A DNA stretch of 63,907 nucleotides, the filler included, from Licmophora abbreviata (taxonomy: Eukaryota): assembly GCA_900291995.1 (NCBI GenBank). It is 10 parts of 10 records of this genome, joined end to end, with 100 filler letters (N's around TTAATTAATTAA, not from the genome) between each part and the next. Parts side by side here need not be neighbours in the genome. Positions count along the whole stretch, not along the records: positions 12,018 to 21,170 come from OLMU01000888.1; positions 21,271 to 23,253 come from OLMU01000890.1; positions 23,354 to 25,072 come from OLMU01000891.1; 7 more parts are not named here. One strand, written 5' to 3'. Position 1 is the stretch's first letter. Every line of letters begins with the position of its first letter. The notes below the pieces were generated by a model. That model saw only the letters and a list, made by a program, of their open reading frames with translations. It was not told where the DNA came from and made no database searches. A program made the translations under genes and the position numbers. Below, one piece after another: positions 12,511 through 23,849 of this stretch.

Positions 12511-13491
12511 CCCCTTCGGTTGGTCCACCTCAGGCGACACCGGGACCTACAACTCCTGGTACTACCCCGGAGTGCACTGTGGATGATACGGGTACTGTAG
12601 GAACCATCACTGCCACCGGTGCCATTCTCGGGTCGGTGTACGAAGTTGAGACAACGCCAGACGTCGACGAGTCGATCATGAGCAGTGAGATTCTGCCGAA
12701 GATGGACATTGCGACTGTCCAATTTTTGGTGCCAACTGTCTTTCCGGATACGTGTTCTGTAGAGGGCATCGATACCAGAAGAAATCTACGAAGACTTCAA
12801 AGCGGGGTGATTGTTGGGCTAAACACTGCTCCGGTCGATGCTGTCCGTTCGGGAGGTAAATATCTATTTTTTATGTTTTCAATAGGTTGTCCTGCTGGTC
12901 GATCGATCTGCCTCACAACGTGTCGTCTCTACTGGTCTCCTAGCCTCGTGCACAGAAGCGTTTACAGGAGAATGCTATGTTGTCGACGGTGGTATCAGCG
13001 TCTATGCCGAGTCCCAGGATGGCTTCGAGGAGGCTATTGCTGATATTCAAGCGGAACTCGGTGAGGCCTGTGGACAAGGAGCGTTCGAGAACGTGGACGA
13101 CCGCATCGTCGGTGTAACATGCATTGAACAGAAAGAACCAGAAATGATCGGATTGGAGTCCTCTAGCGGTAACTCTATCCAAGCTTGGGGGTGGGTTTTT
13201 ATTGGAGCTGGGGCCTTCGCTGTTGTCGCAGCAGGTATATGGATATACATACGGCGTCGCAACAATAGCAGGGAGCAAAGTGAGCCTTTGATCGAGGATG
13301 AGTTTGGCGAGGGTGACCTTTCAACAAAACCGGAAATTGTGGGACCAGACCCCGACGATGCATCTGCGATCACGGAAGAGGACGCAATGACGCTGCGTGT
13401 CGATACATCAGAGACCGGAACTGACCAGGAGCGGCTGTTCTCGATGACTTCACAGACCGACACGCCATCAGTGACGGAATATGACGATTGA
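12018..13491 (+). CDS. 5'-partial type-I membrane cell-surface protein: repeat stalk, Cys-containing domain with RRL site, TM helix, acidic tail; intron 12856-12943
   Basis: Open frame from 12018 continues into ORF 12579..; GGAG|GTAAAT...CCTAG|CC splices into the frame of ORF 13093..13491; TM WGWVFIGAGAFAVVAAGIWIYI followed by RRR. Confidence 0.8.
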
Positions 13492-13736
13492 CTCTAAGCA
13501 GACATGTCTTATAATCGTTAAAAATTAAATGTATGTTTAATGAGGTCTAGGGTGGCTTTCAATCGGTTTAGCGCATGGATTGGCGGGATACGCGGTTCAA
13601 ATGCTTTCGTTCCGAATTCCGTCCTTTTTGCGATGTTTTGGTTTTTTGTTCGGGTATCACACGCCCGCACTCTTCGCATTTCGCGGCTCTATAGACTACG
13701 TCGTACTAGGCGCTGTCGGTTAGACGCCTTGGCGCC

Positions 13737-15140
13737 ATGAAGGATGCAGACTTCGCGATTTTCGGTGCTTCAGGCTTTACTGGACGATGGGTGGCCGTGG
13801 CGTTTGTTCGTTTTGCGCTCCAGAATCAGAAATCAAAGAAGCCTACTGCGCTAATCCTTGCCGGCAGATCGCGCTCGAAACTGGAGGACGTGTTTGACTT
13901 TTGTGCCTTAAAACTAGCAGTCGACCGCACACAGATCGAGCAAATAGCGACTCTCGTCGTCGCGGATGTATCCGATAAGTCGTCTTTGATCGACTTGGCC
14001 AGTCGCGCGAGGATGTTAGTCGACTGTGTAGGACCCTACCGACTCTTCGGGGAAGCAGTAGTTGAAGCTTGCCTTGCTGCAAAGACGCATTTCGTCGACT
14101 TGAGCGGCGAACCTGAGTATATGGAAACCATCGAGCTAAATTACAATGAGGCTGCTCGTGAGGCTGATATATTGATTGTGAGCGGGCTAGGCTTCGATTG
14201 TATCCCGGCCGAAGTGAGCGTCGTCATGGCCGTCGAAGAGGTCATGAAGGAGTGTGGCGAAGGAGGAAGACCAGTATGGGTCGAGTCGTTCCTCAGTCTG
14301 TATGGAATAACAAAAGGGTCTGCCAACTTTGCCACATTTGAGTCGGCTGTGATGGGGTTTGCGTCTGCATCCAAAGGTGGTCTTCAGCGTGTCAGAAGTC
14401 GGCTTCGAAAGAAGCGTCGACTCGGACGTGCGCCGTTAGACCCCAAAATACCCAAACTGCATCTGATGCGCTCCAGATTCGGAGCGACTGACTCACGTAC
14501 AGCAAAAGGAACACATATCTTCCCGTTTCCGGGAGCCGATGCGTCAGTGGTACGCCGATCGCAACTGCAGCTTGCTGAGCATGAAAAGGAGCTTGCAAGG
14601 TCGAAGGTCGGGCTACGGCATCGACCAACTCAGTATGCCGCGTATATGGTCATCAACAAAGGTTATCGACTCCCCATGGTCGTGGCGTTCATCATGCTGT
14701 CGGTACTCTCGCGATTTCGGCTCGGGAGGTGGCTATTGCTAACATTCCCTCGCTTTTTCACGTTTGGCGCCTTTACCAATCGCGGACAGGCGCCATCCGA
14801 CAGTGAAAGACAAGGAGGGGGAGTGTTTCAAATGGATGTCTATGCCGCTGGTGCTTCAAAGGAGGCAATGGAGCATACCGAAGACAACGCGAAAGTCGTA
14901 CCAGACGTGCATAGGCACATTCGCGTCTCGGGTTCAGATCCAGGATACGAGGGAACCGGTAACATGTGCTGTGCCGCGGCGTCTTGTATCCTGGATTATA
15001 CCAGCGAACCATCGCCCCTGCGAGTAACGGCGGGTGTAGCAACAACAGCTGCCGTCCTGCGCGACACGGACATTGTCGAACGACTTAATCGAGTGGGCAT
15101 TAACGTGGAAGTTGTCTACGGAGTAAAACAATCGAGATGA
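13737..15140 (+). CDS. SCCPDH: Saccharopine dehydrogenase-like oxidoreductase
   Basis: IFGASGFTG Rossmann motif, DCVGPYRLFGEAVVEAC, FVDLSGEP, GFDCIPAE, DPGY. Confidence 0.9.
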   Translation: MKDADFAIFGASGFTGRWVAVAFVRFALQNQKSKKPTALILAGRSRSKLEDVFDFCALKLAVDRTQIEQIATLVVADVSDKSSLIDLASRARMLVDCVGPYRLFGEAVVEACLAAKTHFVDLSGEPEYMETIELNYNEAAREADILIVSGLGFDCIPAEVSVVMAVEEVMKECGEGGRPVWVESFLSLYGITKGSANFATFESAVMGFASASKGGLQRVRSRLRKKRRLGRAPLDPKIPKLHLMRSRFGATDSRTAKGTHIFPFPGADASVVRRSQLQLAEHEKELARSKVGLRHRPTQYAAYMVINKGYRLPMVVAFIMLSVLSRFRLGRWLLLTFPRFFTFGAFTNRGQAPSDSERQGGGVFQMDVYAAGASKEAMEHTEDNAKVVPDVHRHIRVSGSDPGYEGTGNMCCAAASCILDYTSEPSPLRVTAGVATTAAVLRDTDIVERLNRVGINVEVVYGVKQSR

Positions 15141-16535
15141 CATGATGCTAATTTTTGGGGTACATTGCACGGTTGTCTCTGAAATGACCATACCACTAGC
15201 AAAGAACCGCTTCCACCTTTTATCCCCTAACACCGCATCTAGGTCAATCGAGCAAAACTTTCCCTGTTTGGCTTCATTCCAAAATTGTTCTCGATGCGGC
15301 CCTTCACCGTTCGTCGACGCGGCGAATTCGGGTAGTATCTGAGCCTCGAGACGCACAGACTTGAGCAAGAAGCTCTCCAGCTGATCTTTGTCTGGGCACG
15401 TTTCAGGAAAATCGTGAATACTCAGCTTAAGAATATCCTCTTGGAATCCTCTTGCCAACTCAACGGCTTGCAGTCGACCATGACGCTGCCGATCGATCAA
15501 GCCTCGTTCCGCGGCAGTTGTAACAATCATATCATAGTACCGAGGAGGACTCGCCGGGTTGACGATCTTTTCAGTTTCTTTCTTATCGCGAAGGCGACTG
15601 CGTCGACATGCCCTGCGGGCATTGGGTAGAACTTTACAAAGGAAGTTGCTTCGCATGGACATTGAGTCCTCGTGAAAGTTCATAATCACAACCGGGACAT
15701 GGGGCTGGACCGATGCGACGACGAGGTCCGTAAACGACCAGGGCTGTTTTGGGCTATGCTGAGGATACTGCCAATAGTCTGGAAACATGGGCTGCAAGTG
15801 TTTTCCCCCTTCGTCGCCGGGCCATCGCTTGTGTAAAATAGGGCTGTCGCCTTGGGACTTTGCACTCCTGAGCCATGAAAAGTATCTTCGATATCCGACA
15901 ACAACCAGAATATTCCAATCGTTCTCAAGCGTCTCTCGTAACGAGATCCAATCCATGGAAGCTAGACCAATGCTACGGAAATGCGTCATTCTGAAACTTA
16001 GATCTTCGTGCGACAGAATAACTGACTGTCGACGCTTCTTGTACGGCTCAAGCTCCTGTAAGAACCTGTCCCAGCAACCAACGGTGGATAGGGCTTGAGC
16101 AAGACTTGATGAGTCATTTGTCTTTCTTTCAAGTCGGACCTTTTCAAGCTCACGATGACACGTCATATCCTTTATCTTGAAGATGATCGGAGGAATTTGC
16201 TGTTTGTCAACGATGAAGTCTCCCAGAAAAGCGTAGTTGTCGAGGGCCAGGTCTGCAGATAGGTTTGTCAGCTCTCTTTGAATAGTGGATGTTGCCATCT
16301 TACCGGGCCCAATATGAAGTATGAAGTAGGGCTTATCAGATGATGGCTTGGACACGATACTGGAAGGGTCGTTCAAGTTAGGATGCACTCGCATAAGTGC
16401 CGGTCGTAACTGTCTCTCGTTCATCTTCGGCTGGCGAGAGCCCAAGGGTGTTGCTACTAAACACAATATGGCCGCCGCCGTCACGAGCCCCGCCGTCATG
16501 GAAAATCCGAATGAGCCAGTCGAACATCGCTTCAT
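14934..16535 (-). CDS. Type-II membrane protein, sulfotransferase-like (diatom family); 3' end uncertain
   Basis: N-terminal TM anchor; LHIGPGKMATSTIQ (PAPS-binding-like loop), ILSHE, VVGYRRYFSWLRS. Confidence 0.6.
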   Translation of the reverse strand: MKRCSTGSFGFSMTAGLVTAAAILCLVATPLGSRQPKMNERQLRPALMRVHPNLNDPSSIVSKPSSDKPYFILHIGPGKMATSTIQRELTNLSADLALDNYAFLGDFIVDKQQIPPIIFKIKDMTCHRELEKVRLERKTNDSSSLAQALSTVGCWDRFLQELEPYKKRRQSVILSHEDLSFRMTHFRSIGLASMDWISLRETLENDWNILVVVGYRRYFSWLRSAKSQGDSPILHKRWPGDEGGKHLQPMFPDYWQYPQHSPKQPWSFTDLVVASVQPHVPVVIMNFHEDSMSMRSNFLCKVLPNARRACRRSRLRDKKETEKIVNPASPPRYYDMIVTTAAERGLIDRQRHGRLQAVELARGFQEDILKLSIHDFPETCPDKDQLESFLLKSVRLEAQILPEFAASTNGEGPHREQFWNEAKQGKFCSIDLDAVLGDKRWKRFFASGMVISETTVQCTPKISIMSSRLFYSVDNFHVNAHSIKSFDNVRVAQDGSCCCYTRRYSQGRWFAGIIQDTRRRGTAHVTGSLVSWI

Positions 16536-16885
16536 GTTGAGTCTATACTTTCTCGGACACAAAGGCAAATTCGATGTGATGAACTTTGAGTTGCAAGGGA
16601 GAAGAAAGCAAAAGTTGGAAGGCTATGACCGGCCATTTGATACTTGACGTGGATGCCGGATGTGCGATGATGCTGTTTCTTGTTGGGCCGGTCATTCTCA
16701 AAAGTCATTGAGATGCCATCTGAAAGAGGTCTCCTTTCCGGCGACCCGAGACCGACGACGCAACCACCACAGAGCGACTACGCAATACACAGACCAAAAT
16801 GGGACAAGAACCATTGGATGCGACTGTCAATCATATCTAAGCTTAGACGCTTTTGTCAAATAGAGTTCTAGAGCCTCTTTCTGCA

Positions 16886-19800
16886 TTACGAATCACCAAC
16901 AATCTTCGCAAGATGCACGAAATCGACAATCTTGAAGTCTTCGTTGGAATCCTTCAAAATAGCGTCGCTTCCGTCGATACAGACTAGTTCGCCTTCAACA
17001 CCGACGTCTGCTCCGCCCGTGACTAGCACCATGTCGTGTTCCTTCGGAGGAACCATGTAGACTTCACTGGCACGCACGGATCTGCTAGACTTGTCTGATT
17101 CCATCTCGACAACGGCAGTAGAATCAGTAGTTAGATCCTTGATGACTGCTGAGGTGTCATCGCTCTTGAGCTGTACGCACACGCGTTCCATAAACCAAAC
17201 AGCTGCTTCCTCTACCTCGCCAATCGTGTTAGCTTCGGTCTTCATAGGCTCGCGCTTGATATCGCTTGTGGGCTCTAGCTTTGGCGTTGCATTCGCACCC
17301 CCATCATCCGTGCGAGGAGTCCATGTACTACTGCCAGCCAACGTTGACCCCCATCCTGAGAGAAAAGCAATGGAGTGATTCTTAGAACCGCGTAAAGCGA
17401 CAGGAATTTCCATGACGCACCACTGCACTTACCAGTCTCGGACACCGAGGACGAAGCTCCGAATCCATGCTTTGGAGAGTTGGCACCCCATGCGTCATTT
17501 TCGTTGGCGCCGGCATTACCAGCGGGATCTTCCTTCGGCTCTTGGTCGATCGCGCCTCCTGGACGCCAAACCTCATCACTGACGACAAAAAGAAAATCAG
17601 AATCAAGTTAGCATTCACATCGCTCTGTTGCAAAGCAAAATGGTAAGAGCACCGCGTCGACGACACGCACCCCATAGCGCTATCATGCATTGGTGTCGCA
17701 CCACCATGCAATGGCGTCGCTCCCCCATGCATGGGGGTGGCACCCCCGGTAATGAATGGAGTTGTAGGCGCCATCATATTGGCACCGGATATATCATTGA
17801 CTCGAGTTGGATCTTCTGTTGAACCAAATTTGTCGCCAGCGACTGCGACACGTTCACGGATCACCATGACTTTCTTCAACCGAGAATGCAGCTCGACTTG
17901 GACGTGTGACGCTGTGGCATCCGCGACAGTTCCAATGTAGCCCTTCCATTGACCAGCCTGGATGCGCACGGTCTTTCCAATGAGAGCATCGTCGCGTTTG
18001 CCTACGAGGGGAATTGTAAACTGTTAGGCGGTGTGTTGCGAGGGCAGCAACGGAATTCTCAAGGAAGATTTTTGTACATACCACGTCCTCCGGCAGGGCC
18101 TGTGCCAGTCTGTGACTTCGGAGTACTGAATGGGCTGACCCCTCCGTCTGCAATACTTCCTCGATTCTGATGCCTTGCCCCAGCAAGAACGACACTCTTG
18201 CTTCGAACAACGAATATCCCAGCATGCTCCGTTCGCGTCTGGGAGTAGAGAAACAACTGTGTACGACTCATGCGCTTGATCGTTGCCGTCTTTCCCTTGT
18301 GCGGCCCTTCGGTTACGTTCACCGCGTCCCCAACACGAATCTGTTGATTCTGTACGTCCATTGCCAAAGCGCGGTTAGAGCTTGTGTTTCGCTTGCCGCG
18401 AAGCTCTTCGGGTCTGACTTCGCGAATAATACCGTGGTTGTTGATAACGGTGAAGTCCTCTCGGCCTACGCGAACGATCACACCGACTTCGTTCGCAGAG
18501 CCGCCACCGCTAAGAACTACAAGGTCATAGAGCTCATAGCCAGCAAGTTTATCCTGGCCCGATGCAATCTCGGCGGATTCTCTCAACTGAGAGGTACGTA
18601 CTGAAATTCAAGTGGAATGGGCGAAAGTTAGCCAAGGCTCGCGATGAACATTCGTCGATGCATGCTCGGGGACTTACCAGTGACCTCTTTGTGGGTCACG
18701 TCCGTTAAGACCACGGCAGTGCAATCGTTATCGTCTTTCATCGGCTCCACAGCAACCACCACACCAGTCTCATTGGCGTATCTTCCATCAGTTACTTTCA
18801 CATGATTGCCGACAGCGATGTGCTTGCGAACTTGATTCGTGAGGAACTCAACTTCTTGCGTGTCACCCAGGTCCACAGTGTTATTCGTCGGCTTGACCTT
18901 CACCGTCGCTCCATCCAAGCTCATCAGCTTGCCACGCATGCCCACCAAGTCACCCTCGATCACTTCGACCGTGTCTCCAATTAGCAAGCCACCGTTTGCC
19001 GACGACTTCACGATGCTGGTCTGGCCTTGCAATTCGGACAGCTCGTCCAGAAGAGATCCAGCCATTTTCGATCCCTCGTTTTCACCATCGTCATCTTCGT
19101 CATACTGGCCTTCGCCCCGGTTCTTCTGACGTCGACGGAAGCGCTGAAGCTCATCCAAGGTCGGCGGATCATCATCTGTGCAGGGCTTAACCATGGATCC
19201 CACCGTCATCTCCTTCAGGAGGTATCCCTCGTGATAGTAATTCCCTTCGTAGTGGTCGCAAAATATATCAAGACCGGGAAAGCGCTGACGGCTGTGCAAG
19301 TGCTTTCCAACCGCGGCCAATTCTTGGGCATTGAAGAACTTCTGAGGCGGGCGGACAGTACGACGGCGTACACGAGCTTCTTCCGGTGGCAATTCTGCGA
19401 GGAGCAGATCGAGACGAGGAACGCACTGGATAATGCACTTCAGACCAGAATCACGAACATGCTTGACGAGCGCCAGATCGCCCTTGTAGTGGCCACGAGT
19501 CATCCGGACCCAATCGTTTGGTTTCACTGCAGTAGGGTTAACAACAGTAGTGTCAGCCAAACGCGATCAGTTGAGACTTCCAGTTCGAAGTCCGCCCTCT
19601 CCCAAACTTACCAGGCTTCTTCTTAGGTGTGACCGTCATCACAGTGGTCATGTCCTGAATTGGCACAAGACGCATGCTGTACTGCATGAGGCCACGAATT
19701 CCCGCAATTGCCTCAACGACCGCCGGTTCGCTGAAGCTCTCGATGTAGATCTTTCCCTTGGTCTGGGCCGCGATCGCTCCAGAAATGGACAAGGGACGCC

Positions 19801-20706
19801 CCTGTCTCGCAAAGGCGGAGCACTTGTTCATGATTTGATAGACAAGTTCGTCCTCCTTTCCATTCGAGCACGAGAGCATCCACAAAGTCGGATCTGACAC
19901 AGATGGGACGAGGCTCTGCTGAGCGACGGCAGAATAGTTCGTTTCGACGGGACCATCGTCCTCTCGATCCATAATGGATCGATCGACCGTACGACGCTGC
20001 ATACGATGCCGCTCCTCAATATCTCGCGCCATGTCCGCGACAGACCGCTCATTGGGATCTCCTGTACCAAACCGAGACGTTTGATTACGACGTCTATCCT
20101 GCTGACGAATCAATTCCTGTGCTTCTTCATCTAACTGCTCTCGACGGATGTCTTCCTCCGTGTAATGCTTCTTTACCACGTCGTGAGGGTCTCTCGCGTA
20201 TCCATCCCCATCGTCGTCTTCGTCTTCATCCTCCTCCTCACTGCCGGACGCTTCCGCCTCTTCGTCAAAAAAGGAAGTGGCTTTGGATCGTTTCTTTTTA
20301 TTTCCCAACGTGGATGAGCTCTTGCGCTTTCTCTTTCGGTCTTCTTCTTCCTCTTCTACCTCCTCCTCGTCGTCATCTTCTTCTTCATCCTCGTCGTCTT
20401 CATCGTCTGACGAAAGGTTCGCTGATGTTGCGGGTCGTGGCGTGACCTCTTCTTCTTCCTCATCTGACGCGTCTTCGTCAGACGAATCCTCCAGCGTCTG
20501 ATCAGCACGCAGAAACTTCTTTCCGCGGAACAATTTGCTGTAGGTAGAAAATAGAGACACACCGATACAAGGGAGAAGGAGGATCGTGAGCGGTACGATT
20601 ACTCATTTCGGTCGCCCACTTTGCAGACTTTTCTTGCTGCTACAGATTCGACAGCTCCTCTTTGCGCCATTTTTAATTTCGACGACACGCATTGAACTTA
20701 CGACAT
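16886..20706 (-). CDS. SPT5: Transcription elongation factor SPT5; about 7 exons
   Basis: Acidic N-terminus, NGN domain (LWMLSCSNGKEDELV...KGKIYIE), KOW motifs (WVRMTRGHYKGDL, GDTVEVIEGDL, GQWKGYIG), CTR repeats GGATPMH; GT-AG introns link ORFs; first exon ATGTC at 20706-20702 is tentative. Confidence 0.95.
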
Positions 20707-21270
20707 GTTCGCAAGTAATAAAGACGCAGAAGGGGCGAGAGTCTGCGTCAAGGTTGATTCTTAGAACGACGGCAGCAGTGGCAACACGCCTCTTCCGCAT
20801 CCAGATTGTGGGTGTGTGTTTACGCATTGCAAAGCGTGTATCATACATGACCCTTGCCGTAGATTTCGTACGTATTCGTACAGAGGTTGGGGTTAGGCGG
20901 TGTGACGTACAGACGGAGAGTGACCTTAGGATTTCTGTCCCCGATCTGTCCCACAGGGCGTGCGGATGCCTGACTCCTTCGGGCCACTTCTCAATGAAAC
21001 ATGATAGGCTTTGGTAGGTCTATCCTGTGATGGCGATCGCTCTCCGATTCTCTTCCGGTGGAAGATAATGAAGTTTCCCGTATGGGCTATTTGTGTATAT
21101 GGTGAGGCAGGACACTCTGTTCGATATTGGGAATTTCTAGACGATCATTATAGCTAGCTTATTTGTCCGTNNNNNNNNNNNNNNNNNNNNNNNNNNNNNN
21201 NNNNNNNNNNNNNNTTAATTAATTAANNNNNNNNNNNNNNNNNNNNNNNNNNNNNNNNNNNNNNNNNNNN

Positions 21271-23185
21271 CCGTGTGCTAGCGGATGTGACAAAGGAGAA
21301 AGACGCAGCAGTTGAATTGTTGCAGAATGAGCTCGAGTTGCTCGAGGGTCAGTGGCAGACTCAGATGGGAGGGGATGAGCTGATGCCGTCGCGCGCTAAT
21401 CTGAAAAATTTAGCCAGCTTGAACAAGGAAGTAGGCGACGTCAAATCGCAAGTTGGAGCAAACAGCAAGGGGACTGTAGTACCTGTCGAACTCAAGGTCA
21501 TTAAGAGGGAGATCGTGGAGTTGAAGGCGAAAGAAAGTAAAATGCGCAGTGTCATCGACATCAAGGAGAAGCAGATCTTAAAACTCAAACGCTATTTGCG
21601 TGCTATTGAGAGTGGACAGGACATCTCGTACTCGCAGAGCAACGCCGATGTCGAGGAGATCGAGGTTCTAAAGAAACAGGTTGATGAGAAGGAAATATCC
21701 CTGGAGAATGCAAAGAAGATCATCCTGTCGTTGGAAATGGCGAATGAATCGCTGGTGACCAGTGGTCGTGACAAGAGCAAGGAAAAGGACGAGAGGATCT
21801 TCATGCTGGAGGCAGAGGCCTCAGATCGACAGAAGCTCTTGGACAGCCTCGCAGTCGAGCTGCGCGAAGTCCAGATTCGCAAAGACGAGCTAGAAGGAAA
21901 TGTAAAGCTCCAGGCTGTCCAGCACAAAGTCCTAGCAGAGCAGCTCTCGATGTCCTTGTCGGAGCTGCAGGCTGCGTCGGTTGTGCACGAAGCAATGCTG
22001 TCGAGCGGAACGGTTGATGATGCAACTTTGGACAAGATCTCTAGCGTGTTGAACAAGACACTAGTTGCGCTTCGAGTGGCGAACTCTGACGCTGTTCGCG
22101 GTGACCTGCTCGACAGTGACCATATATCGGATATCCTTTCCGACGTGGGCTCTGTCTCCTCCGACCTCAACCGGCAGTTGGATGCTATTATCCAGAAGGA
22201 CAGGGAGTCTGCAGCACACGGCCTTCGTCACAAAGTTGAAGAAAAGACAGTCACTGTCCAAAGACTGGAAGCGGCACTCACGGCAAGTGCAATGGAAATT
22301 CAGAAACAGTACCTTAAGCTGAAGAAGATTGAGGCCGAACGAGAGGAGCAAGAGGCAAAGCTCAATGGGGAAGTGATGGAACTAAAGAATCAGTTGAGTA
22401 CCAATATGGAAGTACTGAACAAGAAGCAGCTTGCGGTGGAAGTGCTTCGTGGCAGTTTGGAAATCAAGGACGACGATGGATACCATGCCGGAGACGACAA
22501 CGCCGAGGACGATGGTGAAACCCAGCGCGCCGGCACTCTTACTTCTTCCTCCAAGTACGACCGCGCGGCCAAGACCAAGGCCTTGGCCACTTTGCTGGAT
22601 AACAGTCGCGGCTCAGCGGTCAGCGTTGCTAGTACTGTGACGATGCAGGAGTTGGCCCGATGCCGCTCCGAACTTGTGCAAGCAAACGACGAGAAAGAGC
22701 GTAACGCCAAGGAGCTCCAAATCGAGAAGGACAATCTAGCGAACGCCAAGCTGATCATTTCGTCTCTTGAGCGCGCAAACAAGAACATGATTGAGGATCT
22801 ACGACAGCGCCTGAACGACAGCAACACGGCGATTGCGTCGTTGCTCGATCAAACGTCAAAATACGAAAAGTCGAGCTTGGCGCTCAAGGAGGAGGTTGAA
22901 AAGCTCAAGAAGGAGAAAGCCCAGCAGGCTAGGGATCACATGGTCGAAGTGGAGAAACTCAAGGATTCCGGTGTGGTGACAAAGCTTCGACTTGCTGCAA
23001 AGGAACGCGAAATCAAGGAGCGGGAGCGGAAGGAGAATCAAGGAGCGGAAGAAGACACTACCATGGTCATAACGGACGATGACAGTGTAACGGGGGATAT
23101 GGAGGACAAGTATATTGTGGGAACAGAGGACCTGAATAGTCAAGATGGGGAAGAAGAGGAGGTCGAGGTATCTCTACGCGTCTAA
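21271..23185 (+). CDS. 5'-partial long coiled-coil protein
   Basis: 636-aa ORF starting at a gap, E/K/L heptad-rich, two copies of L.NAK.II.SLE.AN. Confidence 0.75.
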
Positions 23186-23849
23186 TCGGGATGCGATGTT
23201 ACGCCTCTCATCTGCGTGTACCCCAGACCAGATAGTTTTTGTGAACAAAGTACNNNNNNNNNNNNNNNNNNNNNNNNNNNNNNNNNNNNNNNNNNNNTTA
23301 ATTAATTAANNNNNNNNNNNNNNNNNNNNNNNNNNNNNNNNNNNNNNNNNNNNGTTGGAATTCAGGCACGAACCTGTTTCGGTTTCGTAGTTGAAATCGT
23401 TGCCCATAGAAGACTGACCAAGCCTAGCATGAGGCGTTGAGCATATCGTCGAGTGGGGTTTGCATCTGCAGTGTAGGAGGGCTACATTGCGTACAGTTGT
23501 CAAAGTGGCGAGTCGCGAAACTTGAAACTTGGTAGGGTGAAACAAACTAGTCGAGTGAGTCGAGACTACCAGCTCTTGGATTTAGATACCAAACTTTTAG
23601 CAAGTACATCACAGTATCCTTTCTACAATGCCATCCGATACCCCGGAGCTTCTCAAAAGCGTTTTCACTTTCACGTGTCGCCGCGACCATTACGATGATG
23701 ATGAGAGAGCTTGTCCGGCGCTTTTCTTTGTGACTGCTTCTCCTTTCCATTGACCGTATACAAAGTTCCACGCTTCTCTTTCATTCAAGAAACCCAGAGA
23801 CTCTCCCTGTTGCTTCGTTTGATTTCATTGGTGCCAGGACAAGGAAAAA

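Noticed and set aside
11962..12600. ORFs 12034..12600 (+), 11962..12540 (-) and 12080..12289 (-) as repeat proteins
   Set aside because: Shadow frames of the NQSPSGGGAP repeat; substitutions are non-synonymous in these frames
17690..17750. GGATPMH tandem repeats
   Set aside because: Known SPT5 C-terminal repeat region
20180..20500. GAA/GAC-type low-complexity tract (also 51607-51690)
   Set aside because: Encodes acidic protein regions of SPT5 and QCR9; not an independent satellite
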